Shown in pieces: positions 13,753 to 28,679 of a DNA stretch of 64,000 nucleotides. Source of the DNA: Paraphysomonas bandaiensis (lineage: Eukaryota; Protista; Chrysophyceae). Below the pieces are notes generated by a model. It was not told the origin of the DNA, did no database searches, and saw nothing but the letters and a program-made list of their open reading frames with translations. The position numbers and the translations under genes are program-made. The stretch's first letter is position 1; each line of letters begins with the position of its first letter. The stretch spans positions 104,087 through 168,086 of the forward strand of contig CBFFRP010000020.1 in NCBI GenBank assembly GCA_965644295.1. Reading direction: 5' to 3'.

Positions 13753-16700
13753 TTATTTCGTATATCGCATTGACATTCGAGCTTTGTGATGAGGAGCACG
13801 CAGCTTTTCCTGAAAGGATAAAATATAATGCCAAGTGATATAAAGTTTTGGCAAAAGAAACACCTGATACGATATCTCACACAATGGCTTGATAGCAGTA
13901 GGGGTCCATCCTTTCGTGATGGCCTCAAACACAGCGTCATGAACCTGTTGCACATCCATAATTAGATCAGAAATTGTGGTTAGTGGTGCACTATTCAATG
14001 CAGGTTCAGGTAAGACGCGCTAGACCTGACGGGACTCGTCACGCATCGCCATAATGGTCTGCCATATCTTCATGTACGCCCTACAGAAAATACGAATTTA
14101 CATATAATGTCCTTTACAATGAATTCCATGAATATATGCAACAATAACTGAATTCGCATGACAGGCAAAGATAAATTAGAAAGGCAGCTATATTACCCTC
14201 CAAAGTCTTGGTATAATTCGGTGCGAACAAACTGGGCCATACGCCTTAAATCCATGCGTAACACGGCAATTGTGTCATTTAAAGGTTTTAGCTAAATGAT
14301 TAAAGTTAATACTTCTAAACACAACACAAAACATAAATCACTACCTCTCTGTCAACAACATCTATATGCAGCCACATTGTCAGTTCTCTGAACGTGTGCT
14401 GCATAATCTGTTTCCAATATATATCACGGAAGGGAAAAGTCTATGCATCTGAACTTACCTCGAAATCTTCTTGCAGTCTCTCACCGACATTACCTGTGAC
14501 CAGCACGCCAGTGGTTAATAGTAGCTCCAAATAAGAACCCGCGACAACTTTTAACACCCCGAGAAGTACTTTTTTCACATGATTTTCAACTACCAGCCAT
14601 ATCTTCAGATCCTGTACATATTCTTGTAGCGTGACCCGGAGTGTCTCGGCTACCTGTCGACTCTCTACCCATTCTTCCTTGAACAGTCCCTCGCTCAACC
14701 CCTCCTTGAAATCAGCTGCTACCAGTTGCACAAGGATGTCCACACCACGTTCAGCTTCATCACGAAATGCTTTGATTGTCACATTGAAAGCATCGTATAT
14801 TTTTTCAGAGTCTGATATATCGTCTTCAATGAGTTCCTGTCTCTCTTGCAAAAGGAAAGCAAAGCGCAACATATTGTTGACGTAGGCGCACATACGCTCT
14901 GGAGGACACGTCCGGCCAACAGTTTCTGCCCAGGCATGCTGTAGGTGAATAAAGTCTGCAACACATATATTGTGTCACAGACAGATATTCACACAGTATT
15001 CGTCACTAATGAAAAAGCATTATCAACAGATACTATACCTGGAAGCATGTCCAACATAAGACAGATTACTTTTTCACTCGCATATATAGTTAATTCCTAC
15101 AACAAGAAATCGAATTAACTCAAACCTTATGATATGTAGAGTTCAACGTTCATTGTTATACGACATGCGGTAAGTGAACTTCAGAATGAAACAACCTGCA
15201 CTGCTAAGTTGAGGTGTTCTCCGACACATGCCATCAAATCTCCGGGCCAATGTGTGCACTGACCCAGCCCTTCTTGAACGTGACACTAAAAGAAACATAG
15301 TTTTAATGACCCAAACAATATAATAGACAATTGCCTAATCACGTGAACTCTTCTCATGAAAATAACATGCTATAGTAAAACATTTTGCGGATACATATGA
15401 ATTAGTATCTACCGCAATGGAGAGTACAATACCTCACTGTCTGGTTTGGTGTCAATATCGTGAATACGTGACATCCACGTCTTCATAAGTCGTTGAGTAA
15501 CCGATGTGTATTGCCTCAAAAGATCCGAGTTTAGGTCAGATATTACTTTTGTGTCCACCCCAAATTTCTCCAGCGTGTGCATTTGTGAGTCCGCGAATGA
15601 TAGGAGCGTCAGCAAATCTCTGGAAGCATACATTTCAATCTCAATGATGCACGTCCAGAACTATATATTATACTCGTACCGATTATTCATGTTGTCTTTG
15701 TTAGTCGCATAAAATGTCTTGATATCAGTCTTAATTTTCCTATTAGCTTTCTCCTGTATCTGTGTAAGGGATTCCAGTCAATGCTAAAGTCAATACGTAC
15801 CTGGAACATTGTTATGACGTTGAAATCATCCGGTAGAAGTGGCATTAAATCCTCAACAACTTGATCCAGCGTCTATATACACCACATATGAGATGCAGTA
15901 CACATCATCCATCAAAGCAGACTGGCTTAAGAAAGACGCGAATTTCAAATGGTTGAACAGCTCGAAATTATACCAATAGAAACATGCATCTCACCTCAAC
16001 CATTCTATTCACACTATTAAGCACACCCTCAATTGTACTCTCGCTGTATGGGTCAGACCCTTCTTCAAATGACATCTCAATAACCTATATAACACAAACT
16101 TCGATTTTAATAGGCAAATAATGCCAACAAGTATAATACCTGGTTAACAGTATTCACTGTTTCAGGTGAAAACAGCATATTCTCCCTATAAATAGGATCA
16201 GCGTTCAGGTCGGTGCAGAGCATAATTCATTGCGTTGATAGCATCTCATGGAAAGTCCTTACCTTGTGAGGCATTGTATTACTGCCATCAGCAATTCGGG
16301 TTCTTCAATAGGTAATGACATTTTTTGGCGAAGCATTCGTAGAAGCCAGTCCTTCGTGTCGTTGCTCCACTGTTCTCCATAGTGTAAAACATACCCATAC
16401 AGACTTTGCATCGCCGAAATGATTTCATAGGTATGAAACATCTGTGTGACAGCTCAGCACAATTACTAATTTAGAAATATCCATGACAACTTCGCTGTGC
16501 ATACTAACAAAATACTACACTAAACACTTATAACGTTCCGCAACCTGTTGTGGGTCATTTACTCCATGTTCAAATTGTGAGGTGATAATTTCATCAAAAC
16601 GCATAAAAAAAAGTTCCAGCTCGTTCACTTTATCCAAAAACACCTTTACTTGTTTTGAAGAGCTCTGCTTTAACACAGTGGTAATATCGTCCACGGCCTG

Positions 16701-19681
16701 AACGTCATAATGAGCATGTATACACACAATGGCCAACCCAGGTAGTAGTTGGGAAATTGAGCTGTTACCTCTGGTTTTGATGATGTAGCTGTGAAGAGAT
16801 TCTGTTTCTCTGTAGAACTGTCCGTTTTCTTCTTCGCCGCTATTTTGACTGTACCTGCACTTGGAAACCCATGGGCAACTGAATTCTCACTTAGTACTTT
16901 CACCCAGTCGAGTGCTTCTTTATCGGTTTCCGCAATTAGAGTCATCTATTAAGTATAGTTTATGAGATAGAGACAGCAGTTGAATGATAATAGTGATCCA
17001 CAACAATACATCATAAAAATCACATTGCCAAGTTTCCACCCACCTTTTTACCAGGAAGAGTGATACTGAGGTATCTGTAGTCAGTCTTGTCCACCATACA
17101 TCGACATTTGCGCACATCCCACTTCCCAGAGTGTCCGTTTTTCTTCTTCGCATCGGATTCTTTCTAAAAGAAATCACTATCAAATATTTAATATGTCGAT
17201 ACGTGTGATTCAAAATATATGTAATGGCTACATAAAAACTATAGGTGCGTATATCTGATAACCTTATAGCAGTACAATCTGCCATCTTTCTTCAGCACGA
17301 ACAAATGTGGAGTATAATGCTTGTTGAAGTAATTCTTTTTCTTCAAAATCCCTTCATGAACAAACACATTGTCATTTTCTTCGCTTTCGTCATCTTCCTG
17401 TTGCTCACGGTCGACTACACTGCGTCGCCCCTCTTCCATTTCCTCAACACTATTGGTGGATTCATTTGTTGAATTTTCTTCCATTGATGTTTGCGACGCC
17501 ACTACGCAATAGAAAGGACTTAAATATAGAAATAGCGCGACTATACACACCATCCCAGCAACTTTATATATATACCACATGTAACTACACGACTCTCTAT
17601 TTACATGATTCTCCACAACACGTACTTACCTGCTAATTTCTTCGGGCTAGACGGTGTACACAGAGCCGTATCTGACAGGGGAGGGACAGGAGGTGCTGGA
17701 GGCGCACCAACTAAGCCAGTGTCTCCCACACTAGTCTTTTCTAAATCAAATGACACATAGGTTAGCGAAACAGCATGGCAGACCAAAACAAATTGCAATT
17801 TAACATATATTGACAGTATAAGTGTAAAGCTGAAAGTGGGGTAATAATAATAATAAGTTACCTAAGACTGCCCTCTTTGCCTTTTGCCGTTCAGACTTTT
17901 CTCGTTTGACGTGTATGGACCTAGTCATGTACAGTGTTAGACATGTACCCATAGCACCGAGAAACAAACCTTAGTATACTATATTTTTTTCGAAGGTCTG
18001 CAAGTTCTTTCCTCAACAGAGCATTCTGCAGTTTCACAAGTCAGTCGAAATAATATAATATTCTGACCCCAGTATAATACCTCCTCTTCTTTTAGCTGCA
18101 TGGCCGCAAAAGTACTACCGAAATCTTCCCCATCACCCAAAATATTCTCCCCATCAGGCCCCGCAGGAGTGTGGTTTGCCTCAGGTATACCGTCTAATGG
18201 TGCTTTCGTTGCAGACCCCTCTGTAGACGCCTTGGATGACGAACTGCAATACGATACATGTCAGCTGCAATTCAGTAGATTTACGTAACATTATATTATC
18301 GTATTGTAGTTATTAAGAAAGTAAAAAGCTACGAATATATGGTACTTACAAAAATGAGAAGGATGATCGCTTATTCACGGCCTGAGGTGGGGTTTTGACA
18401 TCTACCCCTCCTGTGCTTGGGGCAGCAGGATATCCTGCAATCGACCCCCGTGTTGTAGAATCGTAGCAGAAACTCCCTCTAGAGCGAATAACCATTGACT
18501 GACGACCTGTGACGGCAAGATCTGATGTGTTAAGACTAGAGGCCGCAGTTTGGGGGGTGTTGAGACTAGGAGGAGCCTGTAATGCGAAGTGCAAGTTAAA
18601 ATGAGGCTAAAAAGTGGTAGCAAAAAAACAATAACACTTCCAGCTACCCACCTTTCCTCTCATTGAGCTGGACACATCATAAATTGGTACGACAAGTTTC
18701 GCACAGTCCAGGCCGTTTCTGCCCCACCTCACTGCACACAAGCTAGTCACACACTACAAAGCACATTCGTGCTAAACCTCATAGATGCGTAAGGAAGTAA
18801 TAACATGCCATTTCAACAACATATCAAATCAGGAAATACAAAAACGGATTGACAGCGACATAGTGACCGATGCCTCTACAAGTCTAAACACGCACAACAG
18901 AGATATAACTTTCGAATTCACATTTCCACTCATGCTCCTAAGCCTGTAATACCTATAATATCACCAATACACTCCTGTGCAGGGACAAGACAATACTGAG
19001 TTGAGTCCTTAATATCTTTTTCAACTTCAAAGAGCGCCACATTCACCGAAAAACAAATCTAATCCATAAAACGTAAGGTAAGGTTATAATATAATTTACG
19101 TTATTAGATACCTTTGCTGCAATATCTTGGGCTGTTACAGTTTCATCATAGAATACAGTCTTGAAAGATCCATCGAGGAAATAAATGCGACACAGGCTGT
19201 CAGAGACTTTAGATGTTGCATTCAGCAAAGCTAATTCTCGTTCGCGCTGGTAATTTGCTTCCATTTGTATTTGTTTCTTTATCTCCATTGTATCAAAACA
19301 GTCTACAAAGATGTTTTAGTACGGCAAAACTGTGCGATTGCGCCTAACATATGCGAAGCTGTATATCTTACCATCACAAACTCGCTGAGGCTCTGCTTCT
19401 TCATCTCCTGCGATCTTGAGTTTTCGTGCAGAACAATCTTTACAAACTAGTCTGCCACAGCGTCTGCAGTGATCTACAGAACAATCAAACACGTAATCTC
19501 CATATGTTAAACTTACGTCTTCTATTCTTTAATGTCCACGGGCTTTGGCATATTAAGCACCCCCTACAACCACATTTAATAAACCCTTTTATGCTTATTA
19601 ATAAAGTAATTACGGGCTAAAGTCATCCGGCATCCACTCAATGCCATCTTTCTGTGTAACTAACTTAACTTGACTGGTCAT
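13753..19681 (-). CDS. Multi-exon protein: FYVE + RA/FERM-N-like + PH + Sec6/EXOC3-like helical domain
   Basis: Spliced translation from ATG 19681: WMPDD..CLIC..RRHHCRRCGRLVCKDCS..RVCDDC (FYVE); LCRIYFLDGSFKTVFYDETVTAQDI (ubiquitin-like/FERM-N); HEGILKKKNYFNKHYTPHLFVL...LIAETDKEALDWVKVL (PH); KTWMSRI, WPGDLM, CAYVNN, LFKEEW..TLRVTLQEYVQDL (Sec6-like). Exons between FYVE and PH join in frame via GT-AG. Confidence 0.75.
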
Positions 19682-20382
19682 CTATCCAAACTATGCTTTA
19701 CAATTAAAGTAAACAAAGTTCAGATGAGTAATATAAACGATAATGGTACAATCATTGCTAAGAAAAGTGGAAGCTACAGCTAGTTAAAACATGTGAGTAA
19801 TTTACATACATGACTATTAAACATAACATACAGCACACTACACACACCCAAAATCACAAAACTACTCGTTTTATAACTCAATTCCATATGAATTCCGATT
19901 TCCACCCAGAAAACAACACATTTATGTGTATAAACCAAACCCTATTCACATTTCATAGGAAAGTAGGGTGACTACTACTGCTGCTGCTGCTGCTGCTGTA
20001 TGGCAATGTTATAGCTTCTGGAATACGGAATACATGAATACTACAAACCAGGAATACGTTACCAAAATTGGGTGGTATCTTTCTGATCAAAAAACACACA
20101 CATCGAATCCACGTATTGAAGAGTGCTGTAGGGGGGACGGGGCGGAGGATCATAGAAAATGTAACGTGTAAAAATGACGAAGCAGAAGTTCATAATACCT
20201 CAAAATGTCGTATGAGGTGATGGTAGTATATATGCATATGGAAGAAGTGTAGTGGTTAATATCTCAGTTAACTATACTCATATTCCCTAATAATGTTACA
20301 TACCTGTAACTTATTTAGTCTCATTGTCTTATCATGATCATAATATGATCTCGATGTCTACTTAGAGATTGTTTATTTCATC

Positions 20383-23222
20383 ATGAGTACAGTGATTAAT
20401 GATGACGATAAGAGTGACTATGGTATGTTTAATCAGACCTATAATGAGCTTCAGCTATTTGGTGCCTTTGCATTAGTTGCTGCTTATCTTACTCTATGCT
20501 CAGAAGGCCTTAACGTGGTCGAGCGTATGACTGTTGGGACATCTTATCACCTCATGCTTCAGCGTATATACCGAGAGATCATGATGGTTGGGTTTGCATC
20601 TTTTGCATTCACTATTTTTGATCACACGAATGTGTCTCTTCAGTCGGGATTTTATGTTGCTTTCGGGTTTGCTGATTTATGTTGTTTCGTGATGGCATGT
20701 GTGTTTTGCTTTCAAGGATGTTTAATCATGCTCGGTTCTGTTGGGCAGTCACGTTTATGGCATATCGCTGCTAATATCTCTTCTCCGCAGCTCCATGTAG
20801 ATGTTGAAAAAGTTAGAAATACACTGGCTTGGAAATGGAGATATTTTCCATTCTGCACTACTCGAGACGAAGTCGAGTTTCGCATACTACGCACAATATT
20901 TCAGTCAGCATACACGATCAGTACAGCCGTGGGCGATTTTGATTTTGGTATGTTTCTTCGGGCTACTCATGAAGCTAATATTCTAAGTATAATCGAGATA
21001 TCGGCAATCAAGTGGTGCCTTGTGCTGTTCTTAACGGCAGTCACATGTATAGAGATTGCTGTCTGGGCCCATCACTGCAATACGAGCGATTGCAATGCCA
21101 GCATGAGTATATGGATATTCTCGGGTGGAGGGTGCATCAACCTATTTCTCGCGATAGTACTCTACTATTGGGGAAGGACGAGTGAGCTACGACTGCTACA
21201 GACCAGTGGTGTGATGGACTGTGAAGACTATGTAGCATTTGTTTTGACTGAAGACGACGCTCATGATGCCCTTCAGGACACCGCTAAAAAGAATAATTAT
21301 GTTCGCGATACTATTACTGAGTTGATTGCCGAAGAAAGAGAAAAGAAGCTTCTGGAGCAGAAGAAACAATTCAAGGCGCGCTTCACGGGTACTCTGTCTC
21401 AAGCCTCAATGATCAATAAAATAAAAATGATACGCGAGCGGTCGAAGACGATCTTTACTTCCAGGCAGAACCTTCGTGTATCTCCTTCACGGTCAGATTC
21501 TAATAATGACTCAGAGGGTGTAACTGGAGCAGCCTCCTCTGAGAGTGCACAATGTGTACGTGCAGGGAGTCAAACGGATGCAAAGTTATATACAGAAATT
21601 CAAGCTATTCCTGAAGGACACCCGGATTGTTTGGCTGAGATGGATGAGGAGTCGTCGTCGATATCTTCTCGAGCCCCTTTCGGTGACAATAAGCCTATTG
21701 TTGATACTGATAAGAGGGTAAAAGAAGCAACACCTGGTACAAATATGTTAGAAGGGTCTAATCCCGGCTTTGGTGGCGTTTTGTCACCCAAGAGCAATGG
21801 TGCATCTGCCATGCCACCCAAAAACCTTTCCTCACACAGTGGCACAGAGGTCACTCAGGCGGACCACCCTGACAGTTTGGTAACCGAAGATATTTCATCA
21901 AGAACACGTCCAAGTACACGTAGTGGCTATAAGCCGGCTGAGAAAGAGACAGGGGCCGGTGCAGATGTGTTAGCGGAGCCTCATGGCGGAGAGAGATGTG
22001 TTGCCGTTGACGAGGTTAAAGATGGAATCGACGATGTTTTTTCGTCTCCCAAGAGCAATGCTGCACCTATTTTGTCTCCCAAGATACGATCTCTTACATT
22101 TCCCGTGCCATCTCCCAAAAGAAACAATGGGCTTCAGATGGTTGACATAGATGCCATCGAAGAAATAGAAGCGACAGATAATTCAACCTCAACATCCTCC
22201 AGAAAGTATGGTGAGCTTGTTAGTCGTCAGGTATCTAAACGGCCTTTCGCATTGGGAAGAGAGGAATCCGAGTCTCAGTGGAGAAAGAGTCTTAAGAATT
22301 TCATCACCACAGGCATAACACAGTTCCGAGATAAAGCTAAAAAGCATTCGAAGAAAGCATTCAAGAGTCGCCTTAAGCGAAATACAAATCGACAGAATTT
22401 TCGAGATGTGTTTCCATTAGGGAAGCCGGAGTTGTTTTATGGGCTCATTAGTTTCGTTATGACATGTAATTCATTATATTTGGCATGGTGGTTTACCCGC
22501 GTTATTCCTTATGCATTTGGCAGTGGTGTTTCCTCTCCTGATCGTGTAGTGATGTTTGCAGTTCTGTCTCTGCTTCCTTCCCTGCTAGCGTTTCCGATCC
22601 TTGCTCTTGCAATCCGTTCATCCTCTATTCTGAAGGCCATTACTTTTTTAAATCTGAATATCGTTGGAGCGGTGATGGACAAAACTGCGGCCAACAATGC
22701 TGCGCTTGAAGAATTTCGTACCAAGTTTTTAGAGAGCTGTCGTAAAGAAGATCCTTTGAACCATAAGATAGGAATGTTGAAAATATGCCGACGATACAGT
22801 AGTGATGGAATAATGCTATCTCGTACCGAGTTTGGGGACATGGTTCTTGCCTGTGGATTACTGTATTCACCGGAGAAGCTGAAGTTTATATTCAGTTATG
22901 TAGATATCAATGGTGGTGCCACAGTCGACATGGGAGTAAGTTTACTATCAAAAGCTGTATTGATTTCACTGACTTTACATTTTCATAGGAATTTGAATCT
23001 TTCTTATTTACAGAAGACAAAAAGAAATTCGAAGAGAAGAGAAGGCAATTGCAGAACAAGATGAATAGTCAATATCTTATTACGATTGGAAAAAGGAACG
23101 TGGCGAAGAAAATTATAGAAAATCTCAGCCCGTTCACGAAGACCGGTGTTGTGATGCATCGCGCAGCGTCAGAGTCCAGTATAAGCGATCGCCTTCTTGC
23201 TACTGTTAGGAAAAGGTTATAG
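20383..23222 (+). CDS. MLO-like multipass membrane protein with C-terminal EF-hand
   Basis: MLO-like motifs REIMMVGFASF, DFDFGMFL and FPLGKPELF; about 7 hydrophobic segments with a large loop; EF-hand VDINGGATVDMG/EF across the intron at 22936-22988. Stop TAG at 23222. Confidence 0.7.
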
Positions 23223-24599
23223 CAACATTTATATTCATTTTCGAAAGGTTACCATTGTTTTGTTGAAAATATTTTTTTATCGATATAGCTAACGTCGTTA
23301 TTGCGTTAGGTATACTCCTTGTATTCGATATATATATGTTGTCACTACGTATATCTTTACGATGTTTGTTCTCTACTAGTATAGCGTTAATTTAAAAAGG
23401 AGTTGAAAGAATAGCGTTACCACAATATATGGCTTCTTATAATGCATGAATTAGTATGCCATCGTAAGATAATCTGATGCACATGGAGCAACAAATGAAT
23501 TAACTACGAGATATTGAAACTCGCTGTAGAGAATAGAAAGGTTGATAACAATGACTGTTATTATTCAAGTACCTTTTTCATTTAGCAGTCGAATACTGCG
23601 ATTTTAACACGAAATTGCCAATTAAATGCTGCATATATACATTTTCGTTATATTGAAGTTTAAGACAATCTCTGTGTCGCGAGATATAAGGTTTCAAAAA
23701 ACTGACCTTTACACATGCAAATTATATTCAGCTTTAACCAGATAAAATATGCATTATTGCAGAGCATGATGGTCTTGGCTATCTGAATTCTAACTATACC
23801 TTCAGCCCTTCAGTCTTCAGGGGTCCTTAAAAGTAAAAAAATAAAATTGATACGTTGCGATAAAAGATACAACATACAACTACACCTCTGCAATAGACCC
23901 CGATATCAAAGATAGTCTTCAGGACCACTATTAACAACCCCTATTGTCGTGGCTTTTATTTATACGTCTTCGGTAATTCGGGTGGCTTGAGGGGTTCAAC
24001 TGCCAAATTGGTCGTAAGAGACGTATCAAAAAAAAAAAAGAATTGCAAAGCTGTACGACATTTGCCACAAGAGGATCAGTGGGGTCACAATTTATGATCC
24101 CAACAGATAAGTTGTATCCGTTAGTATAGCTCAGCGATAATTTATTCGTTGTCCGCTGCATGAAAAGGGGATAGTAGCCCATGGCGAAAAATCCTCTAGG
24201 GTATCCAAAAAATCGAGATAGTAGAGGCTTCTCGGGCCCATATATACATCCCTGTGCTTTTAGAGTTTTAACCAATCCTCACCAACAACGATGACCTACA
24301 AGAAGATAAATCATCAAGGTTGGAAAATTATATGTCGTACCTGCTGTGAATAAATTTGTACACACGGGATCCAGCACGAAGCACGAACTGCTGTACACAA
24401 GCACGGTGTGGTTTCTACTTATGGTGAATATGTTTTTTTCTCGGCATCGAAGTACTACCCTCCCCAAAGTCTCTTGTGTCCATTGCATAGCATGAGGATT
24501 GAAGCCTCCAACCAACCTGATAAACGGGTGTAGCATATATAGGATGGAGAGGCGACTATAAAGCTCTAATCATGCTCTGCAGATGATAAGCTCAGACTA

Positions 24600-25376
24600 T
24601 TTTACCAGGTTTTGTTCAACAATGGTGGATAGTATACAGTGTATAATCCCAAGCGAAGTGGATCATGCCAGGATAGGAGTGTTGTCACATTTAGAGAGAT
24701 TTAACATCGTCTGTAAACTTATTTGCAATCTGATCGAGATGAACAGCTTGATCTAGATGATGATGTCCGAGTACAATTTGATGATTTAATTCGTCAGTAC
24801 CCTGGTGGGATGAAATTCCACCTGGGTGCAGACGCGGACATTGTTCAAAATGCAGATTTCGAGAGAGCAGTAGTTAAAATTCCGCGTGGTGGTAGGGAAG
24901 AAGATCTGAACCGCGCTGAAAAAGCACAGGTGCGACGGTTTTTGATAAATGATGTACCTGCACACGAAAAGGTGAACTCGATGAAGAGAAAGATGAGGAG
25001 GAGGAAGACGAGGCCATTCGTTTACTTAAAGACAACCGAAAGCGCAAAAAAGCCCGCATCAAACTGCCAACACAATATCGTTGCACGAAGCATTTGTATA
25101 GCACTACCAATGTTTGTGAGAGGTTGTTTTTAGCAGAGCTAAGATTGTTATGACTGATTTTCGCAAGCGAATGGCACCTAGACACCTTGAAATGTTGATG
25201 TTTCTGCGTGCAAATCGGTATCTTTGGGATGAGATTATAGTTCAGAAGGTTATTCTAAAATCTAGCAATAGAATTGAAGGCAATTAATTGCATTGCCAAT
25301 AATTGTATGCTTGATTAATAATTGCAATTATTATTGTTGGACATCTATCACCAATTAATTGTTACGCAAAAGCCTG
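24600..25376 (+). pseudogene. Degenerate hAT-like transposase 3' part with right terminus
   Basis: Frameshifted coding with hAT dimerisation-like STTNVCERLFSRAKIVMTDFRKRMAPRHLEMLMFLRANRYLWD. The end AATTGTTACGCAAAAGCCTG matches the TIR of the 42069-42532 element. Confidence 0.75.
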
Positions 25377-25389
25377 GTATACACTCAAA

Positions 25390-25700
25390 GTTACAGTCAG
25401 GAGTGTAAGAGTCAGAGCTAAAATGTATCTGATATCCTGATATATAACGTTACGGAAGCTGCTTGTGCGTCATCAAAAGCACCAAGGTGCAACCAATTTT
25501 GCTCTATTACTCAAAGCAAACGTCGTGAGGAAGCAGAATGTTGATATACCTGATATCTGCCGACTTCAGGATTTTTGAATCCTTGAGGTGAACACCCCGG
25601 ATGCTTGACATCAGCAAACAGCCCACTACCTAGGTTACCATTGAGGTGGACCCAGTCCCGGATGCCTCTTTATTCTTCAAGGTCCAAAGACGTCTACACA
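25390..25700 (-). repeat. Unclassified dispersed repeat family, copy 2
   Basis: Reverse-complement similarity to 13090-13375 (CTGCTTGTGCGTCA, GGTGAACA, CCCGGATGC, CAGCCCACTACC). Confidence 0.65.
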
Positions 25701-26129
25701 AGAGACACTTCTATTAGTGTCCCTTGTACCACATAAGCATTCGGCTATGAGCGGGCAGAAGTGACGAATATGACACAGGTAAAAACTTATTCTTTCGACC
25801 CTATGTCTAATACTTTAGTACCAGCTTGCTAATTCTAAACATTATATATCGCCCTTTGGCCGTGATACGCACTGTCTACAGAAGAAATCTGACATTAACG
25901 TAACATTCTCCACAAAAAAGTTGTTTTAAGAGTAAAACCCAAGCCCAACGTATGAACACTTTACAGTCATATATACATATCTGCATTTTACACCATATGC
26001 ACTTACATAGCGCGTATTCTCATGCTTATTTTCATTCGTAATACACGACAATAGTAACACACTTTGATAAAATGAAATATATTCTACCAATCATCCCAGT
26101 CATCATCATTTCCCCCTGATGAAGCTACA

Positions 26130-27433
26130 CTATCGCTCATTCCTGCACACTACATGACCTTCCCTGTTCAACGAATAATAAAACACACCTTCTAATTCAC
26201 TCTTAGAGGCCACTTTCGTGGCCAATGAAGTGTTCTCTCCTTGTTTTCCATGCCTACTGCTCGATCCATTACCTGTTTCTTTACTTTTCTGCAACGTCGC
26301 CTTGAGCTCGTCAAAATCAGATAGCGCAGATGAGGAATGTTTAGTACCATCTGCCCCAATCCATTTCCCGAAGGACTCAACAACATTCTCCACAATCGAC
26401 TCTGTTATTGTAGTAATTCGAATAGGTGTATGTCCATGATCTAGTATAAAATATCAACTAATAGTTTACAAATGAATAGCACGGTATCCATTGGATTCAA
26501 TGCACTAAGAATGGGCTTATCGGAAAAGGCTAGCAATAGCATGTACCTCTTAATGTCATGAAGTCGTTGTTGTTATGCTCATTTTCAGGGCAGCTGTGAG
26601 AAAAGTTGTGTGATGGAGCAAAACAGCCAGCACGAGCTTGAATTAAACAATGTGCCGCGTTCCTGCAATTATACAATAAGACACTCCATGCGTCGAAGAT
26701 GAAGCATTGATGAGTACAATTTGCACTGAGCCTACCTTATATCATCATCAAACACAACTGATATACAAGGCGCTTCAATCCACTGCACAATAGTTCTATT
26801 TAACATTGATAGCTCTATAACCCCATCTATTGTGGCCAGCTTCAGTCTGTCATTGGGGGCTTTATTTGATTGAGCCACCATATCAAAGCTGCACCTTGCT
26901 TCAAAGGCCTTTTCGTCAATATTTACCACAAACATACTTTTACTTGCAGTACACGATATGTTCAAATCGCGGTTTTTGTAATAGTTCTCAATACCAATAT
27001 ATACATCTGCGTAAATGCTCTGATTAGCAAAGCGCCAGATATCATCCAATCTTGTTTCATAAAAAATATCACCAATTTCCTCCCTATTAGTAGTTTCAGT
27101 ACCATTATAGATCACCTTAAAATCCATTCTATTCAGCTCTGTATCTATAGTATAATGGGAGAGTTTGGCGTTCTCGAGATAGTACATGATGAACTTCGAA
27201 TACACCGTTGACCTATCCAGCTCACAGTTGATTCTATCTCTCATATCTGCGTCCGCTAAATCAATCATAAATGATTTGAAAGAGTTGAATACATCCTCTA
27301 CTTCATGTGTTACAGTTAGAGAGGTGTCCAGATCACTGCTGTCGGCCCTTGAGCTCACACTAGTCGATTTCCTGATCGATGTAGTCTTCTTACTCTTCTC
27401 TATATCTTTTAAAAGGGTATCTAGTCCATCCAT
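26130..27433 (-). CDS. Hypothetical protein (multi-exon; 3' end uncertain)
   Basis: 233-codon first exon from ATG 27433 ending at a GT donor, plus further open exon-like segments (26130-26440). No recognisable domain. Confidence 0.55.
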
Positions 27434-27623
27434 ACCTCACCTCGCTTGTTATCTGCTAGTCTACCTTCACATTAGAGTAGTGTGGTGTTGGTTGTTGAGT
27501 TTTACACATAAGATGCATGTATATGATGCCCTTCAGAGTACAGTGTATTCCTACCTTCACACTACTTCTTCGTATTGCATGTCTCTGTATTCCGGTATGT
27601 GTATCTATGGAGCGGATATGATA

Positions 27624-28330
27624 TCAGGTTGCTTCTACTTGTATCATAGGCATAGAGAAATATGTACTTCTGACCAATCGAATAGGAATACATCGCATAT
27701 GATTGGCTACCCTGGACCAATCAACCCATCCACTGCTCCAGCTCCACAACTCATACACAGATTGCTTTAATGAACTGAAGAAAGGAAAAACGAGTGATCT
27801 ATACATTTCCTTGCATTGAAATATTTCTAATGCCTTAGTGGTCCACACTGGTGTGTGCGCTCCTATTGGTTCCTTCAGCTTATGGTTGTAGTTTGTTGGA
27901 TATGTAAATGACGAGCTCTCACGTGAGGCAGTACTCCAGTGCAGTGATTGTGTTATTCAAGCTGAACAATACATATATATATTGTATTAACATATCGGAG
28001 TAAAGTAATCCCTAACTAGATTAATGCTATGCATGATCGTCCTGAAGAAGTTTTCTATAGAGAGGGAGCTTGCCAATAGCTTGCTAGAGCTGTACAAACC
28101 TTTTCGAGAGCCATGCGTGGCCATAAGAAAGTCCGCATATTCTTTGTCGAGGGAGGGGTATGTGGCTATCACGGATGGTGACGGTAGAGTGACCCATATA
28201 GAATCTGTCCGCGTTCTATATGGGCAGCCGAAATTATGATGAAGGTAACTGCGTAGAATCGGCGCGAAATTATAGCAATATATGTACCGGTGCGCCTACA
28301 GTATAGCCACGCTGTCGGAATATGCAGCAA
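27624..28330 (-). CDS. Possible hypothetical gene or gene fragment
   Basis: Two same-strand ORF segments (27987-28172 and 27624-27848) separated by intron-like sequence. No motif recognised. Confidence 0.25.
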
Positions 28331-28679
28331 CATTTTCCACGAATATCTACAAATTCAGTAGAATTTTGGACATACAGCCACTAACATACAGTCTTGATGT
28401 CTACGTTAAATCTCGTTGTGTAGTATAGCGTTTACTGGTGATTACAATATAACTGAAGTTGTTCAGTGCTATTTGAGCACTTCGTTATACAGATTTTCTA
28501 CGCCTCCACATCGCTCCATCTCACGTTTCCATGGAACACTATCCTCCCATATACATAAATCTTACCCTCCCTTAAAGCAACGTCGCGGACCCCTACCCCG
28601 AATGGCGTCCCCCTGTCTATCTAGGCACCTCTATCTAGACACTGAAGGACTACATGTCCGTGGGCAGCTCTCACATTTA

